Shown: positions 25,829 through 36,260 of the stretch, piece after piece
Position numbering within the stretch: position 1 is the first letter of the stretch
Layout of the letters: each line of letters begins with the position of its first letter
IMG/VR virus record: IMGVR_UViG_3300011116_000470
Span: 1-56,760 of that record
Source of the DNA: a virus
Lineage: Duplodnaviria > Caudoviricetes
Reading direction: 5' to 3' (one strand)
Length of the DNA: 56,760 bases
Translations under genes and position numbers: made by a program
Notes under the pieces: generated by a model
Told to the model about the DNA's origin: nothing
The model's database searches: none
What the model saw: only the letters and a program-made list of their open reading frames with translations

Positions 25829-27239
25829 CATCGCCGAGCTACTAGAGAGCCCGCAGGTACGCGAGCAGTATGCGCTACTGCCTGAGCGCGACCGGCTGGC
25901 CTTCGAGTGGCGTGCGCGCTGGCTTGTAGCCGCCCACAAGCACCAGCTTGAGCCCGTGGGCGACTGGTGGAGCATATGGCTCATGTGCGCGGGCCGGGGC
26001 GCAGGAAAGACCCGTGCAGCCGCCGAGAACCTTGGCTGGTGGGCATGGGAGCAACCCAACACGCGCTGGCTAGTGTCCGCGCCCACATCGGCGGACTTGC
26101 GCGGCACATGCTACGAAGGCGACTCGGGCCTGATAGCCGTCATACCGCCCAAGCTGGTGGCCAAGTACAACTCAAGCCTGCACGAGCTCACGCTGATCAA
26201 CGGCAGCTTGATCAAGGGCATCCCGGCATCCGAGCCCGAGCGCTTCAGGGGGCCGCAGTTCCATGGGGGCTGGCTCGACGAGTTGGCCGCGTGGGAGTAC
26301 CTGCAAGAGGCGTGGGACATGATCCAGTTCGGCATCCGGCTGGGCACCCACACCAAGCTGATCGCCTCCACCACGCCCAAGCCCAAGGACGTGGTGATGG
26401 ACTTGATCGCCCGCGACGGCGACGACGTGGCCGTGACCCGCGCCAGCACCTACAGCAACATCAAGAACCTCGCGCCCTCGTTCCAAAAGCAGATCATGCA
26501 GTACGAGGGCACGAAGCTGGGACGCCAAGAGATTTACGCCGAGATCATCGACCCAGAAGAGGGCGGCATCGTGCGCAGGGACTGGTTCAAGCTGTGGCCT
26601 GCGGGTAAACCCTTACCCAAGTTCGAGTTCATCCTGCAATCGCTGGACTGCGCCACCAGCGAGAAGACCGTCAACGACCCCACGGCGCACATCACCTTTG
26701 GCGTGTTCAAGCCAGAGGACGGCGGCATGTGCGCGCTGGTGATCGACTGCTGGCAAGAGCACATGCAGTATCCCGACCTGCGGCCCAAGGTGCTCGACGA
26801 GTACGAGGTTGTGTACGGCGAGGGCAAGAACAAGAAGCGCGTGGACTTGCTGCTGGTCGAGGACAAGAGCGCGGGCATCAGTCTTATACAAGACCTGCGC
26901 AGGGCGGGCGTGCCTGTCATCCCGTATAACCCCGGCAAGGCCGACAAGGTGCAGCGCCTGTCCATCGTCTCCAACATCATCAAGGCCGGGCGCGTGTGGA
27001 TACCCGAGAGCAGCAACCGTAAGGGCTTCGTGCGCGACTGGGCCGAAGGCATGATCAGCCAGATATGCAGCTTCCCCGAGGGCACGGCGCACGATGACTT
27101 CGTGGACGCCATGAGCCAAGCGCTGCGCTACCTGCGCGATGCGGGCTGGCTGGTGATCGACTTCCCCCGCGAGTGGGTGGACGAGGATGACTATGTTGAC
27201 GCCGGACAGCGTAAGAGGGAGAATCCCTATGCGCTGTAA
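25821..27239 (+). CDS. terL: Terminase large subunit
   Basis: AGRGAGKT Walker A, WLDE Walker B, STTPK, VEDKSAG, HDDFVDA nuclease motif. Confidence 0.95.
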   Translation: MSDIAELLESPQVREQYALLPERDRLAFEWRARWLVAAHKHQLEPVGDWWSIWLMCAGRGAGKTRAAAENLGWWAWEQPNTRWLVSAPTSADLRGTCYEGDSGLIAVIPPKLVAKYNSSLHELTLINGSLIKGIPASEPERFRGPQFHGGWLDELAAWEYLQEAWDMIQFGIRLGTHTKLIASTTPKPKDVVMDLIARDGDDVAVTRASTYSNIKNLAPSFQKQIMQYEGTKLGRQEIYAEIIDPEEGGIVRRDWFKLWPAGKPLPKFEFILQSLDCATSEKTVNDPTAHITFGVFKPEDGGMCALVIDCWQEHMQYPDLRPKVLDEYEVVYGEGKNKKRVDLLLVEDKSAGISLIQDLRRAGVPVIPYNPGKADKVQRLSIVSNIIKAGRVWIPESSNRKGFVRDWAEGMISQICSFPEGTAHDDFVDAMSQALRYLRDAGWLVIDFPREWVDEDDYVDAGQRKRENPYAL

Positions 27240-27271
27240 AATCCGCGCCAACCATAACCCGATTAACCGCC

Positions 27272-28771
27272 ATGGCAACAAACACTGAGGCGCAATATGA
27301 CACAAAGCAAGAAGGGCCGTTCTACCGCGTCCATCCACGCGCTATTGCGCAAAGTGGAGCACGAACTCAAGGCATACGAGAAGAAGGTGGGGCCAATACC
27401 CAAGCTGCACTCGGATCATCACGAGGCGCAGTTTCGCAATCATCTGAGGATGCGCAGGTCTATGATCTGATACACAGCGGGCGCACGCCCGCGCACCAAG
27501 CGGCGCACGCCTACAGCCAGCGGATGTTTGGCAGGCCCTACGCGCCCATCCCCAACAGCGAGAGCTCGCTCAAGAAACAAGCCCCAATCGGGCGCGTGTT
27601 CATGTTGGCCACCGAGGGCAACCCGCAGTACAAACAAGCGGTGTACGACGCCTATAAACGCCAGATGCCCGAGCACGTCGCAGAAGCCAAGAACTACGAC
27701 GAACTGGTGGCCAAGGCCTATCAGCAACTGAACCGCGAGACCAAGCAGCAGTTTGATTCGCTGCCGGTGAACATGAGCTTTCACAAGAACGGAGAAGGCA
27801 ACTACCGCAGCAGCAAAGAGATGCTGCGCGACATCCACAACAACGGCCATTTGTACGTATTCCAAGGCGGCGAGCCGCACCTGTCCATGAACAACGTTGA
27901 CCCAAGCACTGGGCTCAACGACACCGAGATGTTTAGGGCAGTGCATGACTTCTACGGCCACGCGCTGCACGCAAACGAGTTTGGCCCCAAGGGTGAAGAG
28001 AAGGCATGGGCGGCGCACTCCGGCATGTACAGCCCGCTGGCGCAAGCGGCCATGACCACCGAGACACGCGGTCAAAACAGCGTGGTCAACTACACCCCGC
28101 TCAACGCCCACATCAAGCAGCAAGTGCGCAAGCTCGACGAGGCCGCGTATCATGCCGCCCGCAACGGCGACGCCGCGCAGGCCGAGCGGTTCATCAACCT
28201 CAAGCGGCAGGTGCTAGACGAGGGCTTTACTTACGGCCCGCAGGCGTCGATTCTGTTGCCCCCTGAGATGAACCGAGGCGACTACGAGGGCGGCGTGCCC
28301 CCGTACTTGCGCCCGCTGATCAAACCCAAAAACCCAGCCAGCGCGGAGCTAACGCACTTTAGCAACGAGCCCAACTTGACGCAGACCGACCCCAGCCGAT
28401 ACGGCACGGGCATCAAGGGCGCGGAGGCCGAGCGACTGACCAGCCCCAACGCCGTGCGCAACCGCACCTACTTTTACGCCGGACGCCCCGAGCGCGGTGA
28501 GCCCGGCTTGGGCACCCATCGCTATGCAGCGCGAGCAAGCGACCTATACGACGTGGCCAGCGACCCCGAAGGCCTGCATCGGCTGGCCATTGAGCACAAC
28601 GTTACCCCGTTTAGCGCGCCGTACAATCAGGGCGTGGCCAACCCGCAAGGGGCCTTCACGGACTTGGAGCGATTGGCCCACGAGCACGGCTACGGCGGCG
28701 TGCTGCAACGCAACACACAGATGCCGATGGCGGCAGTATTTGGCGCGCTACCGGTGCGCAAGATCACGTAA
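27272..28771 (+). CDS. Polyvalent-type protein: metallopeptidase-like domain plus ADP-ribosyltransferase-like domain
   Basis: FRAVHDFYGH...GEEKAW..H...ETRGQNS; C-terminal LTHFS...GTG...RTYFY...HGYGG. Confidence 0.5.
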   Translation: MATNTEAQYDTKQEGPFYRVHPRAIAQSGARTQGIREEGGANTQAALGSSRGAVSQSSEDAQVYDLIHSGRTPAHQAAHAYSQRMFGRPYAPIPNSESSLKKQAPIGRVFMLATEGNPQYKQAVYDAYKRQMPEHVAEAKNYDELVAKAYQQLNRETKQQFDSLPVNMSFHKNGEGNYRSSKEMLRDIHNNGHLYVFQGGEPHLSMNNVDPSTGLNDTEMFRAVHDFYGHALHANEFGPKGEEKAWAAHSGMYSPLAQAAMTTETRGQNSVVNYTPLNAHIKQQVRKLDEAAYHAARNGDAAQAERFINLKRQVLDEGFTYGPQASILLPPEMNRGDYEGGVPPYLRPLIKPKNPASAELTHFSNEPNLTQTDPSRYGTGIKGAEAERLTSPNAVRNRTYFYAGRPERGEPGLGTHRYAARASDLYDVASDPEGLHRLAIEHNVTPFSAPYNQGVANPQGAFTDLERLAHEHGYGGVLQRNTQMPMAAVFGALPVRKIT

Positions 28772-28782
28772 AGGACACGGCT

Positions 28783-30579
28783 ATGCCCACGATCAACCAG
28801 ATGCGCCAAGCGCTGATGCAACGAGCCACACGGCGCATGTCTGATGGCGGGCAACCCGACGAGGCCGACGAGAACCCAGATAGCAGGCGCGTGGCCGAGT
28901 CCAAGGCCATGCTCAATCCCAAGGTGCAGACCGTGCGCAATCCGAAGCGCATGGCCTTTCCCGGCATCTACAAAAACCCCAAACAAATTGCCGCCGAGGC
29001 CGCTGCCCGCGTGGAGCCCGAAGACCCAGCGCTCAAGCGCTTGTTCGGCGTCAGCCGTGGCGACTTGTACGAGATGGGTAAGGGCCGCAAAGGCAACCTG
29101 CCGGGCACGCTACCCGGCGCAGCGGCCAATCCAAGGGGCTCCGAAGCCGCTACCGACGTTATGGTTCCTAAAAACCGCCAGCGCTTGATAGACGTGCTGG
29201 GCGAGGCCGAGAAGTACCCTGCGCTGGTGCAGGGCATGGATCCGTGGTATATCACCGACCCGGCTTTTCAGCGCATGGTGCATTTAATCGGTTACGAAAA
29301 CGCCGTGCGCGAATACGACAAGCTCAACCACCTGATAGGCATGGCCTCGCCCGCCAGTGACGTGATGACTGAGATACCACGCGGCACTGCGGCTTATGCG
29401 CTGCACACTCAGGGGCGCTTCCCTGAGTTCGTGAAGTACGCGGGCATGCCCGAAGGCAAGCGCAAGCGCAGCTTTCCCAAGGACATCCGCAACGTGCCGG
29501 GGCATGCCTACCACAAGACCGCACAGGCTGGGCCTATGGCCAAGTATCTTGACCTTGGTGAGATGACCATGAAGACGCCCAAAGTGCCGCTGTACATCCA
29601 AGCAAGCAGCGTGCCCGAAGTAGGTTTTCAGACAGAGACCCCGGTGGGCGACGCGCACTGGAGCCGTGGCGTGGGCTTGGCCGACACCCGCAACTGGAAA
29701 ACCGTTAAGGGTAAAAAAGCTATCCCCGGCGCCAGCGTAACTAACCCTGAGATGTCCGCGCTCAAGCCATGGTGGAAAGAAATTGCCGAGCAACTGGGCC
29801 TTGAGTCTGTTCCAGCCCAAGGACGCGCATGGGGCACGTTTGCGCCGCAAACCGGTGTGGACACGCCCATCGGCGCAGGCAAGCTAGAGCTATTGGCGCG
29901 CAACATTATGTACACCGCCCACCGACTGGGCGTGTCGCCTGAAACCGCCCGCGACATGATCCTGACCGGCAAGACCTACGCAGGCCGCGCAGAAGGAGGC
30001 AGCATCCAAGGGCCATCGCTGGACGAGATGCGCGCCCACCTCGTGCTGCACAAGGCAGACGGCGGGGCCATCGACATCAAGGAAATCGGCGCGGAAGAAG
30101 CGCCCAACATGGACGTTAAAGAGTTCATGAGCCCCGGTATGGACAAGATCAGCCTGCCCATCGGTGGCGTGGACTTCCAGCCGCAGATGCCCGGCAAGCA
30201 GATGCTGCCCGGCCAGCCCCCGCAGCAGCCCGGCATGCCCGGACAGCCGGGACAGCCACCGGGCGCACCGCAAGGCGCTATGCCGCCCGGAGCACCCCCG
30301 CAGGGCGCTATGCCACCCGGCATGCCCAGCGCGCCGCCAGCCCCGCCCAAAGGCCCGCCCAGCAACATCCTAGCCATGACGCCCCAAGGCCAAGCCTTGC
30401 AGGCCATGCGGCCCAACCCTATGGCCATGCCGCGCCCACCCGCGCTGCCCATGAAGAGTATGGCCAAGGGCGGCTCAACCACACCGTCGGCGCAAGCGAT
30501 GCGCAAGGCGCTGGCCAAGCGCAGCCCTAAGCGCGGTGGATCGACCCACGACATCCAACTGACGGAGCGCATGCTGTGA
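28783..30579 (+). CDS. Polyvalent-type protein with putative HhH/DNA-glycosylase-like domain and Pro/Gln/Met-rich tail
   Basis: PWY...ASP...PKV...VGDAHWSR...IAEQLGL..VPAQGRAW pattern; five xxxGG motifs. Confidence 0.45.
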   Translation: MPTINQMRQALMQRATRRMSDGGQPDEADENPDSRRVAESKAMLNPKVQTVRNPKRMAFPGIYKNPKQIAAEAAARVEPEDPALKRLFGVSRGDLYEMGKGRKGNLPGTLPGAAANPRGSEAATDVMVPKNRQRLIDVLGEAEKYPALVQGMDPWYITDPAFQRMVHLIGYENAVREYDKLNHLIGMASPASDVMTEIPRGTAAYALHTQGRFPEFVKYAGMPEGKRKRSFPKDIRNVPGHAYHKTAQAGPMAKYLDLGEMTMKTPKVPLYIQASSVPEVGFQTETPVGDAHWSRGVGLADTRNWKTVKGKKAIPGASVTNPEMSALKPWWKEIAEQLGLESVPAQGRAWGTFAPQTGVDTPIGAGKLELLARNIMYTAHRLGVSPETARDMILTGKTYAGRAEGGSIQGPSLDEMRAHLVLHKADGGAIDIKEIGAEEAPNMDVKEFMSPGMDKISLPIGGVDFQPQMPGKQMLPGQPPQQPGMPGQPGQPPGAPQGAMPPGAPPQGAMPPGMPSAPPAPPKGPPSNILAMTPQGQALQAMRPNPMAMPRPPALPMKSMAKGGSTTPSAQAMRKALAKRSPKRGGSTHDIQLTERML

Positions 30580-33500
30580 GAGGCTTTTACTCACCCATCG
30601 ACCAACTGGCGGCGCAGCTTCCCCGCACCAAGGGAACTGGCGCTGAGTTTATGACCGAGTTGAGCAAGCGCCCCGGCTACAAGCCGCAGGAGGTGCAAGA
30701 CCGCGACTTGCAGACGCTCATGGCCCTGCCCAAGATGGAGCGGGCGCAGTTCCTTGCAGCGCTCAAGGCCAAGCCAGCCCCCAAGCTGGAAGAGACCACG
30801 CTTAACGAAAGAAGCGAAGACCCGACAAAGTATCAGGAATACACCCTACCCGGTGGCAGCAACTACCGCGAGATACTGCTGCAAATGCCGCACGACCCTA
30901 ACCGCAAGGCTGACCCGTCATCCGGCCACTGGGATCAACCCAACGTGCTGGCGCACGTCCGCGCCAAAGACCGCTTGGGCCCCAATGGCGAAAAGATTTT
31001 GCACATTGAAGAAATTCAATCCGATTGGCACCAGCAAGGCCGCGACAAGGGTTACCTATCGCCCGACATGCCTAAACAATTGCAAGCAGCCAAACTTGCG
31101 CACCAGCGTTTAAAAGAGCAGTTGGAACAGGCAAAAGCCAGTTCAGAGCACTCCGAGCGCGGGTTGAATAGTAACAAGCCGCTGTACCAAGACCCCGAGG
31201 TGCGTCAGCGCTTGGAAGCGGCCAAGGTTGAGCACAACAACAAGATCATGGACTTGATGCCGCAGGTCATGAAGGCCGAGGCAGCGCGCCAAGAGTTAGA
31301 ACAAAAAGCAAAGACCGGCGTGCCCGATGCCCCGTTCAAAAAGAACTGGCACGAGTTGGCGCTCAAGAAGATGATCCACCACGCAGCCGAAAAGGGCTAC
31401 GACGCCATTGCCATCACACCGGGGACGGAGCAAGCCAAGCGATATGACCTGAGCAAACAGGTAGGTCGCATCACACACATGACGCATCACGATGATCCTG
31501 ATAGCGGCATTTTGTTCGCTTTTGATCCATCGGGTCGCCAGATAGTAGAAAAGCACAACGTGCCCCATTCCCAACTGCCTGAGTACATTGGTAAAGAAGG
31601 GGCGCAAAAACTACTAGGACAAAAGCCCGATAAGCATGGCTACCGTGAGTTAAGCGGCCAAAACCTTGAGGTTGGTGGCGAGGGCATGAAGGGCTTCTAC
31701 GACAAAATGGTGCCCAGCTTCTTGAACCAGTTTGGTAAGAAGTACGGCGCGCAGGTTGGCACGATGCCATTGGAGTTCAATAAATGGGAGCTTGAAGGGC
31801 AGATGCCAAAACTCGCTGAAAAGCAAGCAACACTGCACCACTTTCCCATCACCCCAGAGATGCGCGAGGACGTGACCAAGAACGGCGTGCCGCTGTACGC
31901 AGAGGGCGGCAGCGTGCCGCATCTGGCCATCGGCGGCCAAGGCCCAAAAAACTGGATCAAAGGTTCGGTGGAGCAGGTGATTGAGCCGTTGAAGTCCACC
32001 GTTGGATTCATGACCCCAGACCGAGTTGCCGAACAACAGCGTTCGATTGATGCGGCACGGCGAATCCTTGGCGCTGAAGCTCCCCGCGCAACCCTTGAGC
32101 AGATGGAGCGGGAAATACAGCAGTCACATCGTGTCGGTGCCATCAACCAATGGATTGAGCGCAACCTTGGGAACTACATTAAGAAGCAGATGGCGACGCA
32201 TGACGACCCCATCCGCAAGTTGGCAGAACAAGGCATCGTTCACATGCCACCTGAGCAGATGGGCTACGGTTCAACACAGGCCGAAGGTGTACGCAAAGTA
32301 CATGGCGCACCACGCCTTGGTCAGTCACCTGAAGCTCAGGCATGGGAAGATGCGACTGATGTGTCGATGTATCCGCATACCATCGGCGAAGTTAGAAATT
32401 TTGCCAGTCATGTGCAAGAGCCTTGGATGGATAAGGTGGGGCCAGAGACCAAAGTCTGGACTGCTTTGGACAACATGCACGCCCGCTACTTGGGCTTTGA
32501 CCACTTGGTGGACATCCTCAAGCAAGACTTGGCTGAAGGCCGCATCCGTCCTGAACAAATGAGCAAGGTCAGCATTGAGCATGCAGTACGCCGAGCACAC
32601 GAGTACGATCAGGAGCGCAAGAAGGCAATGGCCGAGACGGCGCTCAAGGCCACTGAGGGCATGCCAGTCCACAAGGAATATCCTGAAGGGTACAAGTGGA
32701 TTGAGTTGACCTTGCCAGAAAAAGGCGAGCATTTACTCACTGAACTGGACAAAAAAATCATTGCTGATCGCAAAGACAACCCAGTATCGCCAGAGGTAAT
32801 GGATAAAACACTTGATCAAAGAGCGCATGCAAAACTGGAAGAGGCTCTGAAGTATGAGGGCGACACCATGGGTCACTGCGTTGGCGGGTATACGCCTGAT
32901 GTGGCTTTAGGCAAGTCACGCATCTTTAGTTTGCGTGATGCCAAAGGTGAGCCTCATGTGACGATTGAGGTTAAGCCAAAAAGTATTGAAGAAGGAATCA
33001 GAAAACTACCTGATGCAGAGCGCCAAGCTTTGGCTCAGGAAGTTAAAGACCAACATTTTGGTGGAGTAATGCCGGGCGTAAGCAGTGAAGACAAATACTT
33101 CAATCTAATTGACCAACATTACGTTGCCAAGCATGGCATGCCTGCGCCACGCATCCATCAAATCAAAGGCAAAGGCAACGCCAAGCCCAAGAAGGACTAC
33201 ATCCCTTATGTGCAGGACTTTGTAAAGTCAGGCAACTGGTCGGACGTAGGCGACGCAAAAAATGCTGGCCTGCGTAAATACGGAGACGTGTTCAACGTCA
33301 ACGAGCAACGGCAAATAGAGAAAACCGGCGAGCAGGTGCCCGAGCATGAATGGTTGACGGGAGAGGACATTCAACGCTTGCACAACGCCATCGTTCCGCC
33401 GGGCAAGCGCTTGAAATACGATGCCAATGGGAACATCATAGGCAACGAAGGCGGATACGCCAAGGGCGGCAGCATCAAGCCCATCGGCTACACTAAAGAG

Positions 33501-33581
33501 AAAGTTACAGTTTCACCAAACTTAGATGCCATGCGGTACGAGCTTATGAGCGTGAAACACTTTGCAAAGAAGGTTAAATAA
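30576..33581 (+). CDS. Large polyvalent protein with EEIQSDW domain and PcfJ-like domain
   Basis: YTLPGGSNYREIL...LAHVR...IEEIQSDWHQ...AAEKGYD; EGDTMGHCVGGY...IFSLRD...HVTIEV...QIKGKGN. Confidence 0.65.
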   Translation: MRGFYSPIDQLAAQLPRTKGTGAEFMTELSKRPGYKPQEVQDRDLQTLMALPKMERAQFLAALKAKPAPKLEETTLNERSEDPTKYQEYTLPGGSNYREILLQMPHDPNRKADPSSGHWDQPNVLAHVRAKDRLGPNGEKILHIEEIQSDWHQQGRDKGYLSPDMPKQLQAAKLAHQRLKEQLEQAKASSEHSERGLNSNKPLYQDPEVRQRLEAAKVEHNNKIMDLMPQVMKAEAARQELEQKAKTGVPDAPFKKNWHELALKKMIHHAAEKGYDAIAITPGTEQAKRYDLSKQVGRITHMTHHDDPDSGILFAFDPSGRQIVEKHNVPHSQLPEYIGKEGAQKLLGQKPDKHGYRELSGQNLEVGGEGMKGFYDKMVPSFLNQFGKKYGAQVGTMPLEFNKWELEGQMPKLAEKQATLHHFPITPEMREDVTKNGVPLYAEGGSVPHLAIGGQGPKNWIKGSVEQVIEPLKSTVGFMTPDRVAEQQRSIDAARRILGAEAPRATLEQMEREIQQSHRVGAINQWIERNLGNYIKKQMATHDDPIRKLAEQGIVHMPPEQMGYGSTQAEGVRKVHGAPRLGQSPEAQAWEDATDVSMYPHTIGEVRNFASHVQEPWMDKVGPETKVWTALDNMHARYLGFDHLVDILKQDLAEGRIRPEQMSKVSIEHAVRRAHEYDQERKKAMAETALKATEGMPVHKEYPEGYKWIELTLPEKGEHLLTELDKKIIADRKDNPVSPEVMDKTLDQRAHAKLEEALKYEGDTMGHCVGGYTPDVALGKSRIFSLRDAKGEPHVTIEVKPKSIEEGIRKLPDAERQALAQEVKDQHFGGVMPGVSSEDKYFNLIDQHYVAKHGMPAPRIHQIKGKGNAKPKKDYIPYVQDFVKSGNWSDVGDAKNAGLRKYGDVFNVNEQRQIEKTGEQVPEHEWLTGEDIQRLHNAIVPPGKRLKYDANGNIIGNEGGYAKGGSIKPIGYTKEKVTVSPNLDAMRYELMSVKHFAKKVK

Positions 33582-36109
33582 TGGCCGACCAAGACGACAA
33601 CAGCACGGACGATCTGGAGCTTAACGAAGACGGCTCCGTGGACGTGGAACTGCCCGATGATTTCTCGGACATCACCGAGCTGCCCGATGGCTCTGCCGTG
33701 GTGAGCATTGAAACCAAAGGCCCAGAGGAAGCCCCAGACTTCTACGCCAACATGGCCGAGGAGCTAGACGGCTTTGAGCTTGACACGCTGGGCATGCGCT
33801 ACGTCAACCTGCTGGAAAAGGACAAGAGCGCCCGTGAAGAGCGCGACAAGCAGTACGAAGAGGGCATTCGGCGCACCGGCTTGGGCAAAGACGCCCCCGG
33901 TGGTGCTAACTTCATGGGCGCAAGCCGCGCCGTTCACCCTGTTATGGCTGAAGGATGCGTCGATTTTGCGTCCCGCGCCATCAAAGAGCTATACCCGCCA
34001 GACGGCCCGGTGCGTACCAAGATAATGGGCAAGGTCGATGAGCTCAAAACCCAGCGCGCAGAGCGCAAACGGGACTTTTTGAACTGGCAAATTACCGAGC
34101 AGATTGAAGAATTCCGCGACGAACAAGAGCAAATGCTCACCCAACTGCCTTTGGGCGGCTCTCAGTACCTAAAAGTGTGGTACGACGAGCAGAAAAAGCG
34201 TCCGACGTTGGAATTTGTGCCCATCGACCGCATTATTTTGCCTTTTGCGGCCTCAAATTTCTACACAGCGCAGCGCGCAGCCGAAGTTCACGAGATTACC
34301 GAGTGGGAATACAACCGGCGCGTGGCCAATGGCATGTACAAAAGCGCGTTTAAGGTCACTTCTGGCCAAGAACCGGAGCAAACGCTTGCCCAAAAGGCCA
34401 ACGACAAGATCGAAGGCCGCAAATTCCAAGATAACGAGGACGGACTGCGCAAGGTCTATCACATCTACACGTATTTGGAGCTAGAAGAAGACAATTTTGC
34501 CAAAGGCGAGATGGCTCCGTACATCATGATGGTGGACGAGCAGTCCAGCGAGGTCATTGGCCTGTACCGCAACTGGGAAGAGGGCGACGAGACGATGACC
34601 AAGCTCGATTGGATCATCGAATTCAAGTTCATCCCATGGCGCGGCGCATACGCCATCGGCCTGCCGCACCTGATTGGTGGATTGTCCGCAGCGCTGACCG
34701 GCGCACTGCGCGCTTTGCTTGATTCGGCGCACATCAACAACGCCGCGACCATGCTCAAGCTCAAGGGCGCAAAGATCAGCGGCCAGACCCAGCAGATTGA
34801 GGTCACCCAAGTGGCCGAGATCGAAGGCGCGCCCGGTGTGGACGACATCCGCAAGATCGCCATGCCCATGCCGTTTAATCCGCCTAGCCCCGTGCTCTTT
34901 GAGTTGCTGGGCTGGCTGGACAAAGCCGCCAAGGGCGTGGTAACCACCAGCGAAGAGAAGATCGCCGATGTCAACTCACAGGCCCCGGTGGGCACCACGC
35001 AGGCGCTTATTGAGCAAGGCGCTGCGGTGTACTCCGCCATCCACGCCCGCCTGCACCAGTCGCAGGCCCGCTTGATCAAGGTGCTGTGCCGCTTGAACCG
35101 CTGGCACTTTGACGAAATGCAAAAGGGTGACGTGGTTGCCGACCTTGAGATTAGCCGCGAGGACTTCAACCGCAACACCGATGTGATCCCGGTGTCCGAC
35201 CCGCATATCTTCTCTGAAACGCAGCGTATGGCCCAGATGCAGGCCGTGTTGCAGCGGGCAGACGCCCACCCCGACCTGTACGATGCCAAGGCCGTGGAAG
35301 AGCGCTTCCTAAAGCAGATCAAGATACCCAACATCAGCGAACTGCTCAAGGACGTGCCAGCCCCCGAGCAGCGCACGCTGGCCGACGAGAACGCGGCCAT
35401 GTCGCTGGGCCACCCGTCTTATGCCTACATGCAGCAAGACCACTTGGCGCATATCCAAGGGCACTTGATGTTCGGCATGGACGCCAACTTTGGTGCCAAC
35501 CCGTTCATTGCTCCAAAATTCCTGCCCAACGCCATTGAGCACATCAAGCAGCACATGACCCTGTGGTACTTGAACCGCATGAACGGCTACGTGGCCAACC
35601 TGCGCGGCGGCAAGCCGGTGGACAACTACGACGACCCCAAGCTCACCGCCATCATCGACAAGCTCTACGCCACCGTTGGCCAGCATGTCGCGCTGGACAG
35701 CCAAGAGGTGTTCTCGCAGCTACTGCCCCAGCTTCAGCAACTCATGCAAATGCAACAGCAAATGCAACCCCCGCCGCAACTGCCGCCCGATGCGCAAGTG
35801 GTCAAGGACACCAGCATGGCCGAGACCCAGCGCAAAGCGGCCAAGGACACGCAGGACGTGCAGATGGCCCAAGCCCGCATGAAGGACGACCAGCAACGCA
35901 CGCAGGCCGAAATGCAGTCCAAGGCGCAGCTTGCGCAGGCGCAGATTGCCGCAGACTTGCAAAAGCACCAGATGGACAATCAAACCAAGATCGCCATCGA
36001 AAATGCCAAGCTGACGCACCAGACTATCCAGCAATCAAACGAATTGGCGGTAACGCCGCAACCGGCGCAATCGCCACAATCTGAAGGAGTACCTTATGGC
36101 AACCAGTGA
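33581..36109 (+). CDS. Portal protein
   Basis: 842 aa; P22-like podovirus portal pattern (HPVMAEGCVDF, GPVRTK, LPLGGSQYLKVWYD, APVGTTQALIEQG), Gln-rich coiled C-terminus. Confidence 0.88.
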   Translation: MADQDDNSTDDLELNEDGSVDVELPDDFSDITELPDGSAVVSIETKGPEEAPDFYANMAEELDGFELDTLGMRYVNLLEKDKSAREERDKQYEEGIRRTGLGKDAPGGANFMGASRAVHPVMAEGCVDFASRAIKELYPPDGPVRTKIMGKVDELKTQRAERKRDFLNWQITEQIEEFRDEQEQMLTQLPLGGSQYLKVWYDEQKKRPTLEFVPIDRIILPFAASNFYTAQRAAEVHEITEWEYNRRVANGMYKSAFKVTSGQEPEQTLAQKANDKIEGRKFQDNEDGLRKVYHIYTYLELEEDNFAKGEMAPYIMMVDEQSSEVIGLYRNWEEGDETMTKLDWIIEFKFIPWRGAYAIGLPHLIGGLSAALTGALRALLDSAHINNAATMLKLKGAKISGQTQQIEVTQVAEIEGAPGVDDIRKIAMPMPFNPPSPVLFELLGWLDKAAKGVVTTSEEKIADVNSQAPVGTTQALIEQGAAVYSAIHARLHQSQARLIKVLCRLNRWHFDEMQKGDVVADLEISREDFNRNTDVIPVSDPHIFSETQRMAQMQAVLQRADAHPDLYDAKAVEERFLKQIKIPNISELLKDVPAPEQRTLADENAAMSLGHPSYAYMQQDHLAHIQGHLMFGMDANFGANPFIAPKFLPNAIEHIKQHMTLWYLNRMNGYVANLRGGKPVDNYDDPKLTAIIDKLYATVGQHVALDSQEVFSQLLPQLQQLMQMQQQMQPPPQLPPDAQVVKDTSMAETQRKAAKDTQDVQMAQARMKDDQQRTQAEMQSKAQLAQAQIAADLQKHQMDNQTKIAIENAKLTHQTIQQSNELAVTPQPAQSPQSEGVPYGNQ

Positions 36110-36260
36110 TCAAGAACAAAAGAGCATCAATGTGCCGCAGCACAAGCGTATCGCCATGGGCGAGAAGCTCGACGGCACCAGTATGCAGCCCAAGGGCCAA
36201 TCGCAGGGCGGCAAGTCCAGCGGTGGCGGCTTGAGCCACGTCAAGGCCAAAAATAAGTGA
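36096..36260 (+). CDS. Small hypothetical protein (54 aa)
   Basis: AAGGAG RBS; VPQHKRIAMG; not in ORF track. Confidence 0.6.
   Translation: MATSDQEQKSINVPQHKRIAMGEKLDGTSMQPKGQSQGGKSSGGGLSHVKAKNK

Noticed and set aside
30170-30450. Collagen-like repeat
   Set aside because: Pro/Gln/Gly/Met-rich without sustained Gly-X-Y periodicity; treated as a disordered linker
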